This document shows, piece after piece, positions 58,190 to 64,000 of a DNA stretch of 64,000 nucleotides. Numbering within the stretch: the stretch's first letter is position 1; every line of letters starts with the position of its first letter. Source of the DNA: Cenarchaeum sp. Its GTDB lineage: Archaea > Thermoproteota > Nitrososphaeria > Nitrososphaerales > Nitrosopumilaceae. The notes under the pieces are model-generated. The model did no database searches. It had not been told where the DNA came from and was given only the letters and a program-made list of their open reading frames with translations. The DNA lies in the NCBI GenBank assembly GCA_963692915.1, contig OY843584.1, positions 160,001 to 224,000 of the forward strand, read 5' to 3'. Both the position numbers and the translations under genes were made by a program.

Positions 58190-60832
58190 TTGGACACAAC
58201 CCAGACCCAAACCCCGATCGAAGCGATCAGAAAACGCAACGGGGAGACGGCCACCTTTGATCGCACAAAGATCACCAACGCAATAGACAAGGCGTTCGCC
58301 GCAGTTGGCCGCAGCGATCCAGATGAGGCCGAGCGCCTGACTGAGAAGGTCATCAAAAAGCTCTACGTGCAGGGCTTCTCGGTCGCAAAACCTAGCGTGG
58401 AGGACATCCAGGACATGGTCGAGTCGACGCTCATCGAGAACGAGCACAGCACGGTGGCCAAGGCGTTCATACTGTACAGGCACGAGCGCCGCAAGGTTCG
58501 CGACGAAAAGATGCGCGTCCTCAACACAACATCACTGGATCCCGTGTCCTCGGACTTTGATGTCAACTCGCTAAGGGTTCTTGCGTCACGATACCTGCTG
58601 CGCAACAACCGCAGCGAGATAACCGAGTCGCCCTCGCAGATGTTCAGGCGCGTCGCCGTGCTCGTGAGCGTAGCCGATGTCTTGCATGACCCACGAATCT
58701 TTGAGCGCGACGGCAGGCACACGCAGAGCGTGGACGAGGCAGAGTCGTACATATCAAAGCTTGACAGCTTTGACCAAAAATTCCGCATAGGCGAGGATTA
58801 TCTCAACAAGTGGCACTTTAGGGCGCTCATAAAACACTATATCGCGCTTGCGCGCACGGGCTCGATGAAGATAGGCTTCAAGGATCTCCTGACGATGCTC
58901 GCGAGCAAAAAGTTCGACTCGTGCGCATCAAAGATTGACGAGTACTATGAGCTCATGGTGTCGCAGGACTTTTTGCCAAACTCTCCGACCATGATGAACG
59001 CCGGATGCAGACTCGGCCAGCTCTCAGCATGCTTTGTGCTTGACATGCCCGACAACATGGAGGGGATCATGAAGTCGACGGCTGATGCGGCACTCATATT
59101 CCAGTCCGGCGGCGGTGTCGGCATCAACTATTCGCGCCTTAGACAGGAGGGCGACATTGTCGCATCGACGTCCGGCGTGGCATCAGGCCCCGTCTCTTTC
59201 ATGAACATCATAAACACGGTGACCGAGGTGGTAAAGCAGGGTGGAAAGCGCAGGGGCGCCAACATGGGCATAATGGAGTCGTGGCATCCGGACGTTGAAA
59301 AGTTCGTGACAAACAAGACAAAGCCCGGCGTCCTTGAGAACTTTAACGTGAGCGTCGGGATTTGGGCCGACTTTTGGAAGGCCCTCGTGGGTGGCGGCGA
59401 CTCAAAGTATGTCCTGCGCAGTCCCCGTGACAGGTCTCCTGTGGGGGAGATCAGCGCGCAGCACCTCCTAGACTCGATCGCACAGTCAGCATGGAAGAGC
59501 GCCGAGCCGGGCCTCATATTCTTTGATCAGATAAACAAGCACAACGTCTTTGCCAAGGCCCGCGGCGAGCCGCTAAGGGCGACAAACCCGTGCGGTGAGC
59601 AGAGCCTCTACCCGTACGAGTCATGCAACCTCGGCTCGATAAACCTCGCCAACCTTGTCAAGCGTCGTGCTGACGGCGAGTATGACTTTGACTGGCAGCG
59701 CTACGAGGAGGCCATCCGCAAGACGACAAGGTTCCTCGACCACATCATCGACGTCAACCTCTACCCGATCACCGAGATCGACAAGGCCTCAAAGGACTCG
59801 CGCCGCATCGGCCTCGGTGTCATGGGCGTCGCAGACCTCCTCTACAAGCTGCGCATACCATACAACTCAAAGGAGGGCTATGACATGCAGTCAAAGCTAG
59901 CCGAGGCCCTGACGTACTATTCGATGGAGGAGAGTGTCGCGATAGCAAAGTCGCTTGGAGCATTCCCGCTGTGCTCAAAGACCGAGTATGCCGAAGGCAA
60001 GATACCTGTCGCCGCATACTATGAAAAGCCAAAGGAGCTCCACACGTACGACTGGGATGCGCTCATCGAAAAGATAAAGGTTCATGGCATACGCAACGTG
60101 CTCACGACGACTGTGGCGCCGACGGGCACGCTCTCGATGATAGCACAGTGCTCCAACGGCATGGAGCCAATGTTTGCGCTCGTCTTTGAAAAGCGCGTCA
60201 CAGTCGGCAAGTTCCTCTACGCAAACAAGGTTCTCGAGGGAGTCTTGCGCGAGAACGGCATGTACTCTGATGAGACGCTCGCGGCCGTGGCGTCCAACTA
60301 TGGCTCGATGCGCGGTCTTGACTCGGTTCCCGAGTGGATGCAGAACGTGTTTGTGACCGCAATGGACATACACTGGTCTGACCATCTCCTCGCGCAGGCC
60401 GTCTGGCAGCAGTGGATAGGCAACGCGATCGCAAAGACGATAAACATGCCGTATGACGTGACCGTGGATGACGTAAAGGCCGCGTACCTCCTGGCGCACG
60501 AGCTCGGCCTAAAGGGCATCACGATATACCGTGACGGCTCGCGCCACACGCAGGTTCTCCACATGACTGACGAGGGCGCCGAGAAAAAGTTCGACGTGCG
60601 CCCAAGCGAGTTTGTCACCGAGTTCGTCTCTGCGAACATAAAGAACGCGTACGTGCGCGAGCAGGTCGACAAGGCACTAGAGCTGCGCGCACCCTCCGAG
60701 CGCGCCCTCGAGACGGCTCCAACAGAGGTGCCCGAGGAGTCGCTCTGCCCGACGTGCAAGAACACGCTCGTCTTTGCCGAGGGCTGCAACATCTGCATAG
60801 AGTGCGGCTTTAGCGGCTGCACGTCCGGCTAG
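58190..60832 (+). CDS. nrdJ: Adenosylcobalamin-dependent (class II) ribonucleotide reductase with ATP cone
   Basis: PNSPT, QLSACF, GGKRRGANM, TNPCGEQ, CNLGS, APTGT, LKGITIYRDGSR. Confidence 0.95.
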   Translation: MDTTQTQTPIEAIRKRNGETATFDRTKITNAIDKAFAAVGRSDPDEAERLTEKVIKKLYVQGFSVAKPSVEDIQDMVESTLIENEHSTVAKAFILYRHERRKVRDEKMRVLNTTSLDPVSSDFDVNSLRVLASRYLLRNNRSEITESPSQMFRRVAVLVSVADVLHDPRIFERDGRHTQSVDEAESYISKLDSFDQKFRIGEDYLNKWHFRALIKHYIALARTGSMKIGFKDLLTMLASKKFDSCASKIDEYYELMVSQDFLPNSPTMMNAGCRLGQLSACFVLDMPDNMEGIMKSTADAALIFQSGGGVGINYSRLRQEGDIVASTSGVASGPVSFMNIINTVTEVVKQGGKRRGANMGIMESWHPDVEKFVTNKTKPGVLENFNVSVGIWADFWKALVGGGDSKYVLRSPRDRSPVGEISAQHLLDSIAQSAWKSAEPGLIFFDQINKHNVFAKARGEPLRATNPCGEQSLYPYESCNLGSINLANLVKRRADGEYDFDWQRYEEAIRKTTRFLDHIIDVNLYPITEIDKASKDSRRIGLGVMGVADLLYKLRIPYNSKEGYDMQSKLAEALTYYSMEESVAIAKSLGAFPLCSKTEYAEGKIPVAAYYEKPKELHTYDWDALIEKIKVHGIRNVLTTTVAPTGTLSMIAQCSNGMEPMFALVFEKRVTVGKFLYANKVLEGVLRENGMYSDETLAAVASNYGSMRGLDSVPEWMQNVFVTAMDIHWSDHLLAQAVWQQWIGNAIAKTINMPYDVTVDDVKAAYLLAHELGLKGITIYRDGSRHTQVLHMTDEGAEKKFDVRPSEFVTEFVSANIKNAYVREQVDKALELRAPSERALETAPTEVPEESLCPTCKNTLVFAEGCNICIECGFSGCTSG

Positions 60833-60895
60833 GCCGCGCGTGGCCCACACCCAATCGCAGCGTTTTTACAAGTATGCTGATCGCCCCGTGCGCAC

Positions 60896-62014
60896 ATGAG
60901 GACAGCCACGCTCGTCGTCGCCCTTGCAGTCTCGGCGGCCACGCTTGCGGCAGGAATTGCGTTCATCCTGGCTCCAGGCATGTCCACAGACGACGAGCCT
61001 ATCGCCGGCCAGGGCACGCCAGCAGACATGGCGCTGCCGGACAACTTTGGCGTCATCGTCAACACGCCGGGTCGCGAGGCGAGCATACTGGAGCTCAACT
61101 CGCTCTATGCCAAGGTCGCCGGCCTGGGAGCCACGCGCAGCAACGTGTACGTGTTCTGGAACGCCCTTGAGCCCTCGCCGCGCGAGTACGCCTGGGCCCA
61201 GACGGATGCGATCATGACGATGCACGAAAGGCACGACCTTGCGGCGACACTCTTCTTTTCGCTAGTCAACGGGCGCACGCTCGGGCCGCTGCCCGACTGG
61301 ATGGGGCACCCGACGCTTGATGCCATACCGCCCGATGACGTCTCATCGGCGATCGGCGCAATCCTTGCGAGATATCCGAGAATCGACACCGTCGTCATGG
61401 CCGGCGAGGCTGACTCGCACTTTGAGCGGTATCCGGGCATGCTCGATGCGTACAATGACCTCTTTGAGGATGTTCGCGACGACCTTGCCGCCGAGCACCC
61501 CGACGTCATGGTGGGAAACGCCATCTCCCTTGACCGCATCATCAACCGCGGCAATGAGCGGATCGTCTCGGATCTTGCAGCGGGGGACTTTGTCGCCTTT
61601 ACGTACCGGCCGCTAAACCTGCTCAACGAGGTCTCGCGCACGCCACAGGATGCCATCGGCGACATGGAGACGATGCTTCGCATCACCGGCGGCCAGCGCG
61701 TCGCGCTGCTTGAGGCTGGATGGAGCTCGTCTGCGGACATTGGCGGGGATCCCGCAAGCCAGGCCGAGTTTGCCGTCGCGCTCTCCGAGCTCGCATCTTC
61801 AGAGCCCCGCCTCGAGTTCGTCACGTGGTACCGGCTCCATGACAGGCCAGACGGGTCGTGCACAGTCGGCCCGCTCGATGATGACACCTCGCTGCTGAGC
61901 ACCGACGGGGGCACGTACGCCGCATCAGGCCTTGGGAGCTATATCTGCGGCGCCGGCCTCCTTGACGTTGATGGTGCGCCAAAGCCGGCATGGGGCGCAC
62001 TTGGCGGCCGCTGA
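60896..62014 (+). CDS. Membrane-anchored glycoside-hydrolase-like TIM-barrel protein
   Basis: N-terminal TM; WNALEP, LLEAGWSS, GLLDVDGAPKPAW. Confidence 0.6.
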   Translation: MRTATLVVALAVSAATLAAGIAFILAPGMSTDDEPIAGQGTPADMALPDNFGVIVNTPGREASILELNSLYAKVAGLGATRSNVYVFWNALEPSPREYAWAQTDAIMTMHERHDLAATLFFSLVNGRTLGPLPDWMGHPTLDAIPPDDVSSAIGAILARYPRIDTVVMAGEADSHFERYPGMLDAYNDLFEDVRDDLAAEHPDVMVGNAISLDRIINRGNERIVSDLAAGDFVAFTYRPLNLLNEVSRTPQDAIGDMETMLRITGGQRVALLEAGWSSSADIGGDPASQAEFAVALSELASSEPRLEFVTWYRLHDRPDGSCTVGPLDDDTSLLSTDGGTYAASGLGSYICGAGLLDVDGAPKPAWGALGGR

Positions 62015-62146
62015 GGCGCAGGCGGACATGCTGTTCTGCCGTGACATACTGCGGCCATGACCTCAGGGCTGATCCTGCCCTGGCACGTCCGGGATTGCGC
62101 ATGGGGAAAAAACAGTTAATTGCTGCGCGCCTGCGCCTGCGCCTGC

Positions 62147-62219
62147 GCGGTCATAGTATAGCCTGGTAGTACGCTGGCCTTCCAAGCCCGTCACCCGGGT
62201 TCGAATCCCGGTGACCGCA
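62147..62219 (+). tRNA. tRNA-Gly(TCC)
   Basis: GCGGTCA/TGACCGC acceptor stem, loop CTTCCAA, GGTTCGAATCC. Confidence 0.93.
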
Positions 62220-62261
62220 CCCACAACACTTAACGCACCCCCAGCGTGCGCACACACCCTG

Positions 62262-62654
62262 ATGCGCCAGAACCGAAAGGCAGTCGCCCTTGAGAGGATG
62301 CGCACGCTCGTGGCCAATGCGTCGGCAAACCTGCGCGCCGAGCCTGCCCTGGCCGAGCGGCAGGCGGCCCTGGCATGGAGGATATGCACGCACACGCGGA
62401 CGCGCATGCCATACGAGCTTCGCATGGCGTTCTGCCGCAAGTGCAAGAGCTTTGTGGGGTATGGCCAGCGCGTGCGCATACGCGTCGGCAACGGCGAGGT
62501 TCGCCTGACCTGCGGCCTCTGCGGGCACGTGCGCCGCAAGGTGCTGCATGGGGTCAGCACCCCTGGCTCCGCCTGCTCAAATGGGCGCGATCCCGCCGAT
62601 CCATCTGGCACAAGGGCGCCAGACGGGACAGCGGGCCTGCCGCGCCCTGGATAG
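62262..62654 (+). CDS. rnp4: RNase P protein component 4 (Rpp21) with repeat-derived C-terminal extension
   Basis: ALERMRTL, FCRKC, RVRI, TCGLCG..RR. Confidence 0.85.
   Translation: MRQNRKAVALERMRTLVANASANLRAEPALAERQAALAWRICTHTRTRMPYELRMAFCRKCKSFVGYGQRVRIRVGNGEVRLTCGLCGHVRRKVLHGVSTPGSACSNGRDPADPSGTRAPDGTAGLPRPG
62546..62615 (+). repeat. Dispersed element, copy 5 (inside the 3' end of rnp4; right end degenerate)
   Basis: GCATGGGGTCAGCACCCC...TCCGCCTGCTCAAATGGGCGCGATCCCGCCGATCCA; TCCGCCTGCTCAAAT identical to copy 2. Confidence 0.7.
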
Positions 62655-62856
62655 AGCCGCCACGCGCACGTTCCTGGCAGATGGCCGGCCATGTGGTCAT
62701 GCCGTCACGTCTGGTGCCTGCAGTGAAACGGTGTGCAGTCGATCCGCCACGGCGCCGGGGACACCCGCTGGCCACTCCGGGCACATGTCATTGTCAATCC
62801 CAACATCAGGAGGATACACAACTACAATGGAGACCGGGCGGGTCATTCACATCCCA

Positions 62857-63093
62857 TCAAAACTCCACCCTTACACTTATGTTGCTGACGTCCCTGCCCG
62901 CCAGCTCGATGAGCTCGTCCATGCGTGCCACGGCGTCGTCGGCGGAGGCAACCTCGCGCTCCCCGATATGGTGATATGCCGCATACGGCGAGGCGTCGCT
63001 CACCTTGCAGTCGTGCATCAGGGTCTTTATGCGCGCACACGCCTCCTTGTCGTCCTCGTTGCGGCATAAAACGCGAAACCATGCCTTTGCCAT
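62857..63093 (-). CDS. Small hypothetical protein
   Basis: 78-aa ORF with protein-like composition and AT-rich box upstream. Confidence 0.45.
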   Translation of the reverse strand: MAKAWFRVLCRNEDDKEACARIKTLMHDCKVSDASPYAAYHHIGEREVASADDAVARMDELIELAGRDVSNISVRVEF

Positions 63094-63144
63094 GACACAC
63101 CGGCTAGCATGCACGTGATATATTACTGATTAGGCGGATCCCGC

Positions 63145-63256
63145 GTATGAGATCAGCATCCTGCTGCCCACTTGATCTAGGCGCGATCCTGCCGGTCTGC
63201 CTCTGCCGAGTCAGCGCCTGTCTAGGCACGAACGAGCCGTGGTGCTGAGCTCGTAC
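63145..63256 (+). repeat. Dispersed ~112-bp element, copy 6
   Basis: GTATGAGATCAGCATC / GGTGCTGAGCTCGTAC inverted ends (13/16); internal TAGGCGCGATCCTGCC and TGTCTAGGCACGAACG. Confidence 0.75.
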
Positions 63257-63304
63257 AGGACACTGCCTCATTGATTTATAACCCGCCGCGCGCGCGCAGC
63301 CCCG

Positions 63305-63763
63305 TTGGCAAAAGCGTATGACGTTCCGGCAGACAGGCTTATCGCACGCCTCGCCTCTGACCTGAGGGCAGAGGGCGTGAGCGCGCCAAAGTGGACACCG
63401 TTCGTAAAGACCGGAGTTCACGCCGACAGGCCGCCGCACGAGCGCGACTGGTGGCACACGCGCTGCGCCTCGCTCCTCCGCAAGATATACCTCAACGGCC
63501 CGATAGGCGTGGGCAGGCTCTGCGCAAAGTATGGCGGCGCGTCTCGCTCCTCGCACGGCTATGGCTCGGCGTACCACCGTGACGCCAGCGGGGCGATCAT
63601 ACGCGGCGCGATCCATGCCCTCGAGTCCCTCGGGTACGTCGAGCGCCACTCGACTGGCGGGCGCATAATATCTAGCGCGGGGATGAAAAAGATCGACGGC
63701 GTCGCCACGGAGATCCTCAAGGAGATGGCCGTCGACGAGCCGACCCTAGGGCTGTACAGATAG
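63305..63763 (+). CDS. rps19e: 30S ribosomal protein S19e
   Basis: FVKTG, DWWHTRCASLLRKIY, ASGAIIR. Confidence 0.95.
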   Translation: MAKAYDVPADRLIARLASDLRAEGVSAPKWTPFVKTGVHADRPPHERDWWHTRCASLLRKIYLNGPIGVGRLCAKYGGASRSSHGYGSAYHRDASGAIIRGAIHALESLGYVERHSTGGRIISSAGMKKIDGVATEILKEMAVDEPTLGLYR

Positions 63764-63770
63764 GCCGGCA

Positions 63771-64000
63771 ATGAGCCAAAACCCGTATCCTGATGACGTC
63801 GCAGGCAACCCTGCGGGAGACGCTGTGGGCAACGCCGAGACCATCGCGCAAAAGGACGCCGCACTCCGCATGATACTCGATCCTGACGCGCGCTCGAGGC
63901 TCTCCAACATACGCATGGTCCGCCCCGAGCTCGCCGCCGGAGTCGAGAACTATCTGCTCGGCCTCGCCTCGCAGGGCCGTGCGCCCTCGCAGATAACTGA
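63771..64000 (+). CDS. PDCD5/DUF122 DNA-binding protein (runs off window)
   Basis: Manual translation ILDPDARSRLSNIRMVRPELA..VENYL; usual rps19e neighbour. Confidence 0.85.
   Translation, partial: MSQNPYPDDVAGNPAGDAVGNAETIAQKDAALRMILDPDARSRLSNIRMVRPELAAGVENYLLGLASQGRAPSQIT

Noticed and set aside
62127-62146. (GCGCCT)x3 microsatellite before tRNA-Gly
   Set aside because: Too short in GC-rich DNA; no duplicated tRNA end indicating an integration site.
1-64000. Many long antisense or alternate-frame ORFs (e.g. 1856-3034, 14198-15139, 37778-38944)
   Set aside because: Shadows of real genes in high-GC DNA; Ser/Arg/Pro-rich with no motifs.
1-64000. CRISPR array or rRNA
   Set aside because: No regularly spaced repeats, cas genes or rRNA-like sequence seen.

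Overview
GC-rich chromosome segment of an ammonia-oxidising archaeon (Nitrososphaerota, Nitrosopumilaceae-like). The high GC, IS load and restriction-modification island would fit a sponge-associated Cenarchaeum-like lineage, which is inference. Core content: amoX, amoA, a displaced amoB and probable amoY/amoZ; nirK; 3HP/4HB-cycle genes (ADP-forming acyl-CoA synthetase, crotonase, thiolase); ribosomal proteins (S3ae, S15, L39e, L31e, L15e, S19e); serS; larB/larC/larE plus cysteine desulfurase; 2-oxoacid:ferredoxin oxidoreductase; class II RNR; tRNA-Thr(GGT) and tRNA-Gly(TCC). Accessory content: two apparently identical 1092-bp IS481 copies with 15-16 bp target duplications, each abutting a TATA box; a YwgA-like + HD dNTPase-like cassette; a tandemly duplicated YwgA-like gene; and an AT-rich MTase-HNH gene with a G11 tract and a frameshift. 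Most notable signals: (1) a dispersed ~112-bp element with terminal inverted repeats, in at least 6 diverged copies, bordering three accessory islands and contributing gene ends; (2) an HTH/ATP-cone/NrdD-like protein lacking the glycyl-radical loop, preceded by two perfect GATC-rich palindromes 32 bp apart; (3) apparent promoter targeting by the IS481. All calls come from reading motifs by eye; no database searches were run.
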